A DNA stretch of 64,000 nucleotides, taken from assembly GCA_905178155.1 (NCBI GenBank), contig CAJINV010000001.1, positions 10,011,432-10,075,431 of the forward strand. The letters run 5' to 3'. Source of the stretch: Amoebophrya sp. A120. Its lineage: Eukaryota; Protista; Dinoflagellata. Shown in pieces: positions 12,910 to 24,655 of the stretch. Every line of letters begins with the position of its first letter. Position 1 is the first letter of the stretch. Under the pieces are notes generated by a model. It saw nothing but the letters and a program-made list of their open reading frames with translations. It made no database searches and was not told the origin of the DNA. A program made the position numbers and the translations under genes.

Positions 12910-13309
12910 GGATAATCCTTTGATGAAGAACATTATTGCGGTTTTCATTGTCTTGATGCGATGACACATGGAGTTTTTTGCCCTTCACATCCAATGAACA
13001 CACACCATTGTGCTGCTTGATGACGCTTGCAGCAAAGCATAAGTAACGTCATAGATTTAAGCTGGAACTATGCGAATAAGTACAGTTGCAATAGACAACT
13101 CCTACGCTTGCTGGTCTTCGTTCGTCTTTTGCGTCGTCCTTGCGTCCGCGTTAGAAGTAGAACGGTGAATCGATCCCAATCTGAAACTTGAACTTCTGCT
13201 GCGACACCTACAAGTCTATAAAACTTTCCGCAAGAACTACAAGTCGCTATCCGCGTTTTTTTTTTCCAAGAGGTTCGCGTTCGGGTTCGGGTTCGCACCA
13301 CCAGTCAAG

Positions 13310-15106
13310 ATGCCAGGAAAGAAACCGAAGCCCTTGACTGCGACGGCGAAAGCCAAGCTGAACACTGATATGTCGCGTGCTTTGGCGCAAGCGAAGCAGC
13401 TCATCGAAGAATCGGGGACACTCTCCGAGAAGCTGGTGCTCAACCACGACAAATGGGGGGGACAAGGCGTGTTCGTGGTGAAGAAAGTCAAGGCTGGGGA
13501 AGTTCTCGCGTCTATCCCCCATGCGTTGACCATCGAGCTCTCGTACGACCCGATGAGCAACTTCGTGTGGATCCGGAACCGCGAACAAGATGACGAAATT
13601 CTAAAGAGCAACACAGATCATGAGGATCACCAGAACCCGACCTCCGCTAATGCCTTTCCTGGTTGGACGAAGGTCGAAATTTCCCCGTTCAGAAAACGCA
13701 CGGAAGTCCCCGTTTTCCGCAACACAACCGAGGCTACGATGCAAATGTGGTACCTGAACGCTTTGGTTCGAGGCCGACACGGCAATGCCCAGGAGCTCCA
13801 GATGCAACTCGACCAGTGTCCGCAAGCTGCGAGCTCCGCGCAGCTTGCGAAAACGGTCCTTCCGGACGGGGACCCCGCCGCGGAGAGGCGGTGGGTGCTG
13901 GGCACGCGCGGGCTGCGGGTTGAAGAGATGTTGAAGGACGTGGGCATTTTGCAGCGGCTTTCCAACTTGGCGCAGCTCAAGCCCGACGACTGGGAAAACG
14001 AGTTAGTACCCGGCAACACAGACCCCAGGCGGGAGTGGCGGACGATCTACCCGTTGCTGGACTTCGTGAACCACGCCATGGTGCCGAACTTGGTCGCGAT
14101 CCGGAATGAGGAAAGTACGAAGTTTGTCGCTTTGACGAACATCAAAAAACATGAAGAACTGACGATGCACTACGTCCCGCAGGGCGGGATCGAGGAGATG
14201 CTGCGGTATGGGTTCTTTCCGGACAGCAGTGAGCTCAGATTTTTAATTGAATACCACAATTTCGGGTATAAAACCGCGACGCAGAAGCAACTCGTGCGCG
14301 GAGCGGCGATGTTCGTCTGTCCCCCCGGGAGCGACTTCTGCCCGGTCGTGCTCCAGGGCCCGACGCGCACCCCGACGCTCGCTGCGGCGCGGATGGCGGA
14401 ACAGAATCCCAGCATCTTTCAGAACAATGAAACGTCGACGGTGATCGCCCACGCCCTACGGTGCCCGGTGCCGGACACGATGTCTTTGCGGCACCTGTTT
14501 GGTTTCGCGAAGGCCGTCGGCGAAGAGACGAGAAACAGTATCTCCGACATCTTGCGGCCCTCCATCAAGGCGTTTTTGGCGGAGCGCGGCTTGATCAAGC
14601 AGGTAATTAACAAACAGAAAACGGACCCCTTTCCATCTCTCCAGTGCTTTGCGTTAGCCACTTACGAAGCGGCCCCGGTTCTGGCGCTGGCACGGTACTT
14701 GAACGTGAGTATCAAACTGCAGGAGGGGTACGTTGCGGCGACCCCAGAATTGAACAGCACGAAACGGAATTTTGCCCTCACAAGGTTCATGGTGGACGAT
14801 TGCGCTGGGAACATTGCGCGCGTCGTCGAGGACATGGATTTCACGCCCGAAACGGTACCCTCGCTGAAGCGCATGCAGCAGGCCCGAGAGCGCTGGGCGA
14901 AGGCGCAGAGTTTGACCAGCAGTGGGTCTCCGCTGCTGTTGGTACTGTTTGGCTACGGTGGGACGATGGTTCTTTTGTTCCTGTTTTTCTGCTACAGAAA
15001 ATGCTGCCGAAAGAAGAAGACGGCGGTGACCGCGGAATCGAGTGAAGAGGAAAACCCACCTGGATGGAACAAGCTCGAGAAGGAAGAACTCGAAAAGCAA
15101 GACTGA
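13310..15106 (+). CDS. SET-domain methyltransferase (LSMT/SETD3-like class) with a C-terminal transmembrane helix
   Basis: GQGVFVVKKVKAGEVLASIP, YPLLDFVNH, EELTMHY, MLRYGF; C-terminal LLLVLFGYGGTMVLLFLFFCY followed by RKCCRKKK. Confidence 0.85.
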   Translation: MPGKKPKPLTATAKAKLNTDMSRALAQAKQLIEESGTLSEKLVLNHDKWGGQGVFVVKKVKAGEVLASIPHALTIELSYDPMSNFVWIRNREQDDEILKSNTDHEDHQNPTSANAFPGWTKVEISPFRKRTEVPVFRNTTEATMQMWYLNALVRGRHGNAQELQMQLDQCPQAASSAQLAKTVLPDGDPAAERRWVLGTRGLRVEEMLKDVGILQRLSNLAQLKPDDWENELVPGNTDPRREWRTIYPLLDFVNHAMVPNLVAIRNEESTKFVALTNIKKHEELTMHYVPQGGIEEMLRYGFFPDSSELRFLIEYHNFGYKTATQKQLVRGAAMFVCPPGSDFCPVVLQGPTRTPTLAAARMAEQNPSIFQNNETSTVIAHALRCPVPDTMSLRHLFGFAKAVGEETRNSISDILRPSIKAFLAERGLIKQVINKQKTDPFPSLQCFALATYEAAPVLALARYLNVSIKLQEGYVAATPELNSTKRNFALTRFMVDDCAGNIARVVEDMDFTPETVPSLKRMQQARERWAKAQSLTSSGSPLLLVLFGYGGTMVLLFLFFCYRKCCRKKKTAVTAESSEEENPPGWNKLEKEELEKQD

Positions 15107-15573
15107 AATCGGACGATTTCAGTTTCGAAATCATTCAAAAAGACCAGAAACTACCCAGTAGAGATCGAAAAACCGTCTTGATATCACATACCGAAAGTGT
15201 TGCATTGTCGATCAGTTTTTCCCTTTCTGGTGCTGACTGCTGCATGAAGAAATTCATTGATTCACTTGATATTTGTGTTTGACTTCGTTAACGTTCGGGC
15301 CGTGGTCGTTTCTTGGGACAAGCACTCGCGAGAGAAAGTGGAGGGCAGACACCAGCTGGTCGTGCTAGATTCGACAAGAGAAGCGGTGGAGTGACATCTG
15401 TAATCATACATAATCCACCTTTTGGATCGTTGACGCAGCTTCCAAGCTACTTCGCAATCGTAATCGTAATGCCAACCTTTTACATCAGTGTGGCCGTGTC
15501 GCTCGCACAGCTTTGATGTAGATTAAGTTGGAAGGTTGAAGCTGATTGAAGTTATTCGCGAAAGAGAAACACG

Positions 15574-16303
15574 ATGTCTTCCGCAAATGCAGACGGAGAG
15601 AAAATTCGGGGTATACGCACCCAGCAGCCCTACACCGGAATCTGGGAAGGCCGGGCGGGAAAAGAGACCAGCGCGAAAAGCCCAGCAGAGACAACAGATC
15701 AGCCGAAGGGGTAATTTTTACTTTGTGGGTCAAGCAAAGCGTGCTCGTTTGCGATTTTGTTCTCGAGGCATTTTATTTTCGCTCTTTCGGTCCCGATGCT
15801 TTGGCTAGCGTTCGCTCCGTGAGTCGCCCACAACGCAAACAGGTTTCGCTCTGCTACGCTTGGCGCAGTGGAATATGGGTCCAGAATAGGCAAGGCGTCA
15901 GGCTGCCGGTATGTGGGTTTGTTTTCTCGACTCCAATAATTTTCCTTGAATGTGCATGTACCGCTTCGCATGTACCGCTTTGGCCACACAAAGCGCTGCA
16001 ACCATAACATCGTCCAATCGCAATGAAAACAGGTACGAGACCGTTCCCACTGGGTATTCGACGCCGTATCTGCATGCCGCTCCGTACCCGACCGACAACC
16101 AACTTTTTAAAGTTGCAACCGAGCATTTGGAATACGGGAAGGCCACCCGGCACTTTCAGCAGAACAAGCCAAAAAATGAACTGTTGACGAAAAAACCATT
16201 TGCAGACGAACTTTTCGAGAAGTCTATTCATCCCATGTTTCGCCAGGATGTGGCAATTGTGAACGGAAATGAACAACACGACAGCAAACCACCTGCAACA
16301 TGA
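15574..16303 (+). CDS. Small hypothetical protein (~157 aa), 3 exons
   Basis: Exons 15574-15710, 15843-15908 and 16033-16303 join in frame through GT-AG introns (MSSANADGEK...KGFRSATLG...GCRYETVPTGYSTPY). Confidence 0.65.
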
Positions 16304-16797
16304 AAGCAAACTTTCAATCCAACTTGACGCGATCTCGAGGCAGGACGTACAGGCTTCGCATCAAAGACTCTCCGGCGTCGTTTCTGTATCTATCTGTTGC
16401 ACCGCGTTCGTGATAGATTAGGCTCTCGTGATCCGACTGTCGCAGGGAAGCAATGGATATCACTTTCTCGTCATTGTAATTTCGCGAAGGAATATCAATA
16501 TGTCGTGGCCAGAAATTTAATTTTTTTGCTCGGGTGTCGTTGTCGTTTCTTGGGGTCGTACCGATGGTTTAAGTCAGTTCCTTCGCAGTAGAAATGTCGT
16601 TTCTAGGACCAGGAGGTCGTATTGTAGGTGCTTTTGGTCGTGTTGTATCAGAAGTGAAGTGGTGGAGGTTTTTTTGAAGGCGAGTAACAAGTTAACACCG
16701 ACCATCATTTTTCTTGGACCAAGCAACTGGAACAGACGCGATCTGTATTTACAAGAAGTAGTATCCTCGTCGGCTGTCAAACTAAATTTTGATCAAG

Positions 16798-18306
16798 ATG
16801 CAGAAATCGCTCCGGACGCCCGGGTCTATGAAGAAGAAGTACCTGACCAGTTTCCTTGATACAGCCCAAAAATCCCACCAGAACAGCGTCGTGCGGAGTA
16901 TTGCCTTCGAAATCACGCAGCTGCAAAAAGAAAATGAAGATGTTAATCCGCTGGACATCTCTCTTTCCGTCTCAGAAGAGAGTCGCGACGCCGATTTTCG
17001 CTGGAGCAAGAAGCGGTTGCATTTTCACGGCAAACGAAGGCTGACGAAAGACACTATTTCCAGTTGCAGTGACTACGAGGTTGAACCCCTGGAGGAAGTA
17101 GTGGCCCCGCAGCAGCATGCGGCAAAAAAGAGGAAGGAGGACCAATATCTTCCCCAGCAAGTGCAACAGACTCAAAAACCATCGTGGACTGCGAAACCTG
17201 TAGAAAAACAAGCTGAAAAAGAAGACAACTGCGACTCCGCCGCCGGCGGGAGCGGCTCCAGCGGTTGGAACGAAAAGCAGGAATCAGCCGCGAGTCGGCG
17301 CAGCCCCAAGAAAGAGATTTCCTCGTCCGGTGCTGGCGGTGAGTCCTCTTCGACCGAGAATGAAAACGAGCAGCGGACCCTCCGTCGACGCAGCCGCGCA
17401 AGCGGAAGCGGTGCTCCGAGCTCACCATTGAGACCCCGGTCTACTTTGCCGTTGCTGGAAGCTCTGAAGAAGGAACCGGAGGTGGAGACTGCCGAAATAT
17501 TAAAACCTGCCAAAACAGTCTGGGATCTTAGGACGACTAGTGGTGTAGCTGGCTTTCTGAAGCTCCTCAAAGAACAAAAAGGACAGCTCGTAAATAGGGC
17601 TGTTGAAGAAGAACCGTGTTCATCCGAACAACCCGTCCCGCCGCAAGCACCCGAGTCGGTTTCCTGCGTGGATGACTTCTACATGGAGGTAGACGACGAT
17701 GATGCTGACGACGACGATATGAGCGATATGGTGGAGAATATGAACATTCACAAGTTCCTGAACTTCCTCAAACTCGACGAGCGGGTCAATCTGGACAACG
17801 AGCTGATTTTGAAAACCTTCGACCGCTATGACGCGAAGAGGAAGAAAAACGACAAAACGCAGCACGCAGAGTCGTCGAGCGAGGGACCGCCGGCCGGGCG
17901 GGACCAGGAGGTTTTCCTCCGGGGAGGCTCGTTCTCCTTCGGAGCGGCTTTGGGGTCGTCCATGCGGAAACAAGTCAAACAAGCGGATGTTAACGGGGAT
18001 GACAGTATCATCCCAAGCGAGCAGTACGCAAAGCCGGAGACACAAATCACACCAGAAAGCTGCGCGGAAAGTTGCAAATTGCAACCGTTGCGACGATGCA
18101 AAACAGTCACCTGGGACGGCGCTGACGAGGGTGCGGACGCGGGAACGGGCGGGTTTGCAGCTGCCGGAACTAATGTCTGGTGCGACGAAGACATGGAGAG
18201 GCTCGGAGAAAAGCGTTCGTCGAGTAAGTCCCCGGGGCCCGCGGAATTCTTGGAACAAATTCGGCTGATGCGAGAGCAGCATCGGACAAGAAGCAGGGAA
18301 AACTGA
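16798..18306 (+). CDS. Hypothetical low-complexity protein (~502 aa)
   Basis: Long single-exon ORF with coding-like composition; Ser/Glu-rich and acidic stretches; no recognised domain. Confidence 0.7.
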   Translation: MQKSLRTPGSMKKKYLTSFLDTAQKSHQNSVVRSIAFEITQLQKENEDVNPLDISLSVSEESRDADFRWSKKRLHFHGKRRLTKDTISSCSDYEVEPLEEVVAPQQHAAKKRKEDQYLPQQVQQTQKPSWTAKPVEKQAEKEDNCDSAAGGSGSSGWNEKQESAASRRSPKKEISSSGAGGESSSTENENEQRTLRRRSRASGSGAPSSPLRPRSTLPLLEALKKEPEVETAEILKPAKTVWDLRTTSGVAGFLKLLKEQKGQLVNRAVEEEPCSSEQPVPPQAPESVSCVDDFYMEVDDDDADDDDMSDMVENMNIHKFLNFLKLDERVNLDNELILKTFDRYDAKRKKNDKTQHAESSSEGPPAGRDQEVFLRGGSFSFGAALGSSMRKQVKQADVNGDDSIIPSEQYAKPETQITPESCAESCKLQPLRRCKTVTWDGADEGADAGTGGFAAAGTNVWCDEDMERLGEKRSSSKSPGPAEFLEQIRLMREQHRTRSREN

Positions 18307-19143
18307 AGCATTACCGACACTGATGGAACACAATAAAAGTATCGTAAGTATTGCAGTAGTGCAAGAAGGAAAATATTTTTTAATGCGGATTTTTTACACA
18401 ACGACATCAAATTAGAATTAAAAAGCTACTGACTGCCTGAATCAAATCTCATGCGTCACACACCCTAGTAAGTATGATTCAATAAAAAGAAGTACCATTC
18501 CAATTCATTGTTTCGAAGTTAGCACACATGCCAGTTTAGTTCTATCGTGCTTGTTGCAATTTATTAGCTGTAGCACGTCATGATCGTTATCTTTGGTTGT
18601 CTCACTGTATTTTAGAGTTGCGTTGTTTTGCTGTCATGTGTACATAGCAGCACTAGTGGCATCTTTCAGCTTAGTACAATGTTGTACCGATGCTATTCCC
18701 AGACCATGTCGCGCGTAGATTTTCAAAAGTTTGACTTTTCTACGGGAGCGGGTGTGGACCATTGCAGCAACTTTTACTTGTTTCCACGTCGGAATGGTGA
18801 CAATGACGGTGTCTAGTTCGTTGGGATACAACTTGTTCCATTCTCCACATAATAGCCTCTGGAAATTGTTATTGGTCAGAGCGGGCGCTAGCTGAGAGAG
18901 GGAGAGGACAACGAGGCAGTTATCTCAGTAGAAACCTTCGAAGACTTTTTGTGCCTTCCTAGATTTTAACTGCTGTTTTTCTTGAATCCACCGACGAAGC
19001 CAGGATGTAGGACGCTCGCTCGTTTTTGTTGTTTGATTTTGCTCTTGTCGCCGCTGTTGCCTTTCATCGTGCGGAATCGCGGCCCCGCCAATGAGAGGGC
19101 TGCCTTCGTAATTTCATCACTCTGGCAGCAAGAACTGCCCAGG

Positions 19144-21411
19144 ATGCGGCGGCCGACGGAATATCTTGGTGTCATTTTGGGGTTCCAACTTGGGCTTACC
19201 ACCGTTTCTGCCCTGGGCCCGGTCATTCAAGTTCTGGAAAAGCTGCAGACCGACCTGGCAGAAGAGCACAAAGAAAAGACGTCATACTTCGAGGAGCTCT
19301 TGCAGAACTGCAAAGCTGACGTCGATTCAGAAACGGCTGTGGTTGAGTCCTCCAAAAACCAGGTCGACACCTTGAAGAGCAGCCTGGCCACTTTCCAAGG
19401 TCGCATCGGCACCGAACAGGACGCCCTCTCGAGCCTGGGAGAGGACGTCACGAGTCAGGAGGCCGAGATCGGCAAATTGAAAAAGCAGAAGCAAACGAGG
19501 AAGACCGAGTTTATCGCCGCCCGGGAGTCTCTGACCAAGACTTTGCTTGCGTTGGAGCGCGCTGCTCGGGAGTTCAATGACGGAAAGAAAGCCGAAGCAG
19601 AGAAGGATGCGGGCGTCCTCGACGGAGCCGCGCAAAAGTCCGCCGCTAATGCACCCCTAGGCACTATGATCGAACAGATGTCGCAGAGCACGCGGGAAAA
19701 GTTGCAGAAGCTGATCCAAAGTCACAAGCAGGAATCGGAAAAAGTGCAAGACTTGGAGCGGAGTGTGGAGCAAGCGTTGCTGCAAACGCAGGACGACATG
19801 ACGGAAAAAAAGGAGACGGTGGAGACACTGCAGGTCGACGCCGGGCGGGCCACGCGGGAGCTCGCGAAGAGCAAGGAGGCTCTGAAAGCCGCGACCGCAT
19901 CGTTGAAGGATGAGCACGTGGCCTGCGCAGACCACGCAAAGGAGAAGGAATTCGTGCTGAACGCTCTGGCGGCGCAGTTGGAGAACGTGAAAGTGGCACT
20001 AGACAGCTTGCAGAAAGGGAAGGCAGAGGTTGAGGAAATCAAAAAGAATAAACCAGTTGAGGGGGAGAAGGAAGCGAAAGGAGAACAAACTAAGGCAAAA
20101 CCTGCAGTCGAAAAAGAGCAAAAGGAGGACGCTGCAGAGGCAGAAGCCGCGGATGAGGCGGAAGAGACCTCCGAGAAAGTGGATAGTGGTGCGGCACAAG
20201 AACAAGCGGAGAAAGAGAAATCTCCTACAGCAGGAGAGCAGAAAAGCGCACAGGACGACAAGACCGAGGCTGACGCTGCGGCGCAGGAAGATGAAGATGC
20301 GGACCAAGAGTCCGATCCGGATGATGCGTCGATAGTGGAAGAACCGGCGAAAAGACAAACCTCTTTCCTGCAGCAGCGCAGCCAGTCCTCGACTTTGGCA
20401 GCAACCTCGAACAATAGAAAGCTCGTTCTTTCCTCGCGCCAGCTCCGCTTGCAGCAGGCGTCTTTGTACCTGAAAAAAGTGTCCCCGCAGCTTGCTTCGC
20501 TTGTGCAAGCGAACGTCAATTTTGCGAGCAAAGACAGTCCCTTCGATAAAGTTACCGCCATGATCAAACAGATGATCACGAAATTGGAGCAGCAGCAGGC
20601 CGAGGACCAAAGCCAGGACGACTACTGCAAGCAAAGCTTCGCCAAAGCCGAAGCGAAGAAGAAGAAGCTGGAAAAGGAGGTAGCGAAATTCAAGGAACGC
20701 ATGGAAACCACAGAAAGCTTAGTAGAGCAGCAGAATGTTTCTGCGAAGAAAACCGCGAAGGACTTGCTATTGGTACAAGAAGAGCAGAAAAAAGACGCTG
20801 CGCTACGAACTTCCGGAAAAGCGGAAAATGAAAAGATCTTGGCGGAAACAACCGCCCACGAGAAAGCACTGGCCGGTGCCGTCGCTGCTATGGAAGGTCA
20901 ATCCGGCAGTAGTGGAGCAGCTCCTGCGCCGTCTTTCTTGCAAATTGGGACGATGATGAAGACTGTTGTAACAAGAAAATTGTCCTCTGCGGCGACCACA
21001 CAGACCGGCACGACCAATAAAGGCAACACGGCCAATGGCTCTGTCCTGGAACTTCTGCGCCACCTGCACGCGGAAGCAGAGGATTTGCTGCGGAGCACGG
21101 CGAAAGAGGAAAAAATTGCGGCCGCACAATTTACGGAGCTGACGAACAAGCGAAAGGTGGAAACTGCGGTGCTGCAGAAAAAGGAGGAGATGACGGAGTT
21201 GGAAAAGCAGCGACTGAAAACGCAGCTGTTGCAGCAGAAGGAAGACGTACGGTTGACGGAGGACGAACTCAGCGCGGTTGTCGAAGGAATTGCAAACTTG
21301 AAAGACCAGTGCACGCCCAAGACGCTGACGCCGGAGGAGAAGCAGGCGCGCCGTCAGGAAACATTGGATTCGTTGAAGGAGGCACTAGAGATTTTAGAAG
21401 GGGAGGAATAA
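19144..21411 (+). CDS. Secreted coiled-coil protein with SFLQ motifs, dinoflagellate-type
   Basis: Signal-like MRRPTEYLGVILGFQLGLTTVSA; two helical modules each with spaced Cys; SPFDKVTAMIKQMITKL...DDYCK; TSFLQ and PSFLQ in the linkers. Confidence 0.8.
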   Translation: MRRPTEYLGVILGFQLGLTTVSALGPVIQVLEKLQTDLAEEHKEKTSYFEELLQNCKADVDSETAVVESSKNQVDTLKSSLATFQGRIGTEQDALSSLGEDVTSQEAEIGKLKKQKQTRKTEFIAARESLTKTLLALERAAREFNDGKKAEAEKDAGVLDGAAQKSAANAPLGTMIEQMSQSTREKLQKLIQSHKQESEKVQDLERSVEQALLQTQDDMTEKKETVETLQVDAGRATRELAKSKEALKAATASLKDEHVACADHAKEKEFVLNALAAQLENVKVALDSLQKGKAEVEEIKKNKPVEGEKEAKGEQTKAKPAVEKEQKEDAAEAEAADEAEETSEKVDSGAAQEQAEKEKSPTAGEQKSAQDDKTEADAAAQEDEDADQESDPDDASIVEEPAKRQTSFLQQRSQSSTLAATSNNRKLVLSSRQLRLQQASLYLKKVSPQLASLVQANVNFASKDSPFDKVTAMIKQMITKLEQQQAEDQSQDDYCKQSFAKAEAKKKKLEKEVAKFKERMETTESLVEQQNVSAKKTAKDLLLVQEEQKKDAALRTSGKAENEKILAETTAHEKALAGAVAAMEGQSGSSGAAPAPSFLQIGTMMKTVVTRKLSSAATTQTGTTNKGNTANGSVLELLRHLHAEAEDLLRSTAKEEKIAAAQFTELTNKRKVETAVLQKKEEMTELEKQRLKTQLLQQKEDVRLTEDELSAVVEGIANLKDQCTPKTLTPEEKQARRQETLDSLKEALEILEGEE

Positions 21412-21684
21412 CTTTTTTCCAAATTGCTTTGCTAGTTGATTCCAAAGCCGGACAATAGATACACGTGTTTTCCTAGTGTCACCGATGCTTTAGACCTTAC
21501 CAGATGAAGCTGAAAGTCGCTGCAGCTGTCGGTTGCAACATGTACCGACGCACTTTACGTCTGCCTGTTCATCCTCTACTGTGGACTAATGGACACGGTA
21601 CCTAATGTCGCAAGCCATCATTTTTTCGCAAACCTTGATCTCTCCACTAGAGCCGCTGTTTCGAAGCTTTTCTGCCCCACAAAA

Positions 21685-24655
21685 ATGGGGCGCATCTGCG
21701 GCCTGGCCCTCGTGTGGGTGCCTCTGGCCGCGGAACCGTCAGCCAGTCTGCAGATCAAAGATGCTCGTCGTTCTAACAGCGCGCAGAGTCCACCGCCCAC
21801 AGTGGATAAGATTGCAACCCCGGTCGGAAAGGCTGCAGCGGTGGCAGGTGCAGGCAAAATCGCAGACCCGACCATTGCTGAACAACAAGCAGCTACGGCA
21901 ACAACCACGGTGGCAGACATAGCAGCTACCCCCGTTGCTGCTTACGAGATTCCGCAGCAGTTACAAATCGTCCATGGACAGCAGAAATTCGAATTGCAGC
22001 ACATTTTGAATTGGTGCTCCCTGCACGGGTCTTTCAAAGTACCCCAGGGTCAGTTCCAAGTCGAGGACAAAGAGCTGGCGTACTACCCAAACCGAACTCC
22101 CGGGAAGCGCATAGTGGTTGTCGCAGACGTGACTGCAACTGCGGAGGGCAAGGAGGATGACGAAGCCGTCGGGAGCGAGCTTGGTAGCAAAACTGCAACA
22201 GGTTACGTCGGTGCGGTCCAGCCTGCAGTGGCGGACGGCAGTAGTGTTTCAGGAAGTGTTGATGATACCGGAGCCTCAAGCAGCGGATCCTTTTCCGCGT
22301 CGGGCAGCAGGGGTTCTTTCAGCGGGTCGTTTTCAGGATCGGGTAGTGGCAGCGTACTCGAGCGCATTCCGCTGTCGATGTCGGAGCCGAGCTTCTATCG
22401 GCCGACGAGCTTTCCGAAGTTGCCGCCCGGATGCGGCGAAGATCTACCGGACGAGATGGGAAAGCGGACCGTGTCACGGATCATGCAGCCGCTCCTGGAT
22501 ATGAAGCGCAGGACGTTGTACTGCTTTTTTTTTTCATAAGTTGCGATTGCCGCGTGCGCTGTGAGTAAATACTTTTTGTTGAGTCGTTGTATCACTGATG
22601 ACATGCAGATGAGTCAGAAGGAATCAACTTGATGTGCTGCCTGACCATTTCAAAAATGCACCTGAAAGGCAGGACGCGGCGGCGCTGGCACAGACGAGCA
22701 GCGATAACGCAACCGCGCTGCTAGTGAACACGGCGTCCAATTTGGCGAACAAGGCTATCTACCCACAATTGGTCCGCTCGCTGTGCGAAAAGGGCGTACG
22801 CCAGCGCATGCAGGAGTCCGGGCACCCGGTTTCCACTGCACTGGTCGAAACGACGATTGAAAAGTGCGTCTCGGACACGACGCAGAAGTTGGATTCCGGC
22901 AAGGCCACCGCCACCACAACGCTTCTGAACCAAATGAACGCCACGGCGACCGGGATCCAAGCAGAGTCTCACGAGTTGGCGCACACCACCGGGAGCAGCG
23001 CCGTCCTAGAGGCGTACGCTACTGCGGTAGAGGCGGCCGACGCGCAGCAGGAGATCAAAACCGCCGCAACGAAAGCGTACAACTTCGCGTCGCACTGGGT
23101 GCGGTACGGCCACAAGCAGGTGAAACAGGAAATCGCCAAGGCGACGGAGCGAACCGCGCACGCGGAGAGCAAGAGCATTGCCGAGCGGATTGGCGGCTTG
23201 TGGGTTTTGGACCAGGTCAAGGAAAAAGCGAAGAAAGCCGTGGATTCCGACTTGCAGGCTGACGTCAACCGCATTGCCGAGCAGATCGGCCAGCACGCGG
23301 TGGAGGAACTCTGGAGTTTGGACGGATTGCACGGGAAAATCCCTGTGCCGGTCATACACTTTCCGCCGTTGCCCGAGGGCAGCGGGTCTGGGTCTTTCAG
23401 TGGGTCACCCAGCGGTTCTGCTGGCAGCGTAGGCAGTTTTGGAGGATTTTCGGCAAGCGGCGCAGGCAGCGGTCCGGCGGAAAGTGGTAGCAGTAGCGCG
23501 ACAGCGTTGCAGAGTGAAGCGGAAGATTCCGAACCAAAAAAACAAGCAGCCGTGCCGACTTTCCTACAAGAACGCAGCAGCCGTCGCAAGAAGCTATTCC
23601 CGTTCAGGCAAATGCATGCCGCAAATATCCAGCCAGAAGAAGAGCGAGAAGAAGTTCGTCCTCAAGCGAATGAAGTGCTGACATCTGCGGGCGCGCTTGC
23701 GCATATGGGCCACCTGCTGCTGCATGAAGCCGGCCGCTTCATTTCCAGTGATTCTGTCGGCCCTGGGGGTGTCGGACCGGCCTCGTTTTCGTCTCCGTCT
23801 GAATCTTCAAGCGAGAACGAAAAATCCGGGTCCAGCGGCCCGTCAGTCGGAAAACTGGCTCGCAGTAGCGGATCATCAGAACAGCAACCTTCTGGCAGTG
23901 GATCCTTTTCCGCGTCGGTCCCCCCAACCAAGACCGAGCATCTCGCCCCGTGCCCGGCCTTCGAGTTGCCGTCCTTCGAGGACGGCCGGTGGCTGCCCGC
24001 CGCCGACGGGGGCTTGCCGACCGTAGCTGACAATACCGAACCGCCCGGTGCCATCGGGCAACCGGTTCCGGTCGCGCAGGGCGTCCGCGCCTGGCGGCTT
24101 TTGCACGGGGGCTACGCGTTTCGGTACAAACAAGTACCCTCCTTGTTGGTCCGGTTCTTCAACGGCAAGGCGGAGTATCTCTGGTCGGACATGTACGTGC
24201 GGCATACGCCCTTGCAAAGAGACTTCTGGACGACGGACGGGACGAAACACGTCACTGAGTACCTCGACGGGAAACGAGTTTACCAAACGAAGGACGTCGT
24301 TACCGTGGAAGAGGTGCCGAACGTTTCTGTCAAACTGCACTACTGCAACCCCAATCGGGAGGTTTCGAAAACTGTCGCCGGGGTCTCGTACATCGACGGC
24401 GCCAGCGGGAGAAACGTGTTCCGCACAGACGATTTAGATCTGACGTCCGTGGAGACGCCGGTACAAGTGGGGGGAAAGGCGGAAAAGGAGCTGACGGTAA
24501 AAGCCCGACCCCTGAACGCGGAACAGGAGGGCGCCCTGGTCCGCGACGCGCCTGACAGCGTGCAGTACTACTTTCCGGACGAGATCGTGGAAGTGAAGAA
24601 AGCGGATAACTCGGTCACGCGAACGGACCGAGCGGCCGTCGGAAGCAGTCCGTGA
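21685..24655 (+). CDS. Putative secreted protein with Gly/Ser-rich spacers, a PTFLQ motif and a beta-rich C-terminal region; 2 exons
   Basis: Signal-like MGRICGLALVWVPLAA; intron 22515-22668 (GT-AG) joins ORF 21589 to ORF 22634 in frame. Confidence 0.7.

Noticed and set aside
19722-20579. Long minus-strand ORFs (also 25464-26282, 46029-46970, 56971-57699)
   Set aside because: They lie antisense to well-supported + strand genes and show no motifs of their own.
22508-22676. GCAGGACG direct repeat suggesting a non-canonical intron
   Set aside because: Joining at the repeat breaks the frame. Canonical GT 22515 to AG 22668 restores it, although a GA donor at 22512 is also frame-compatible.
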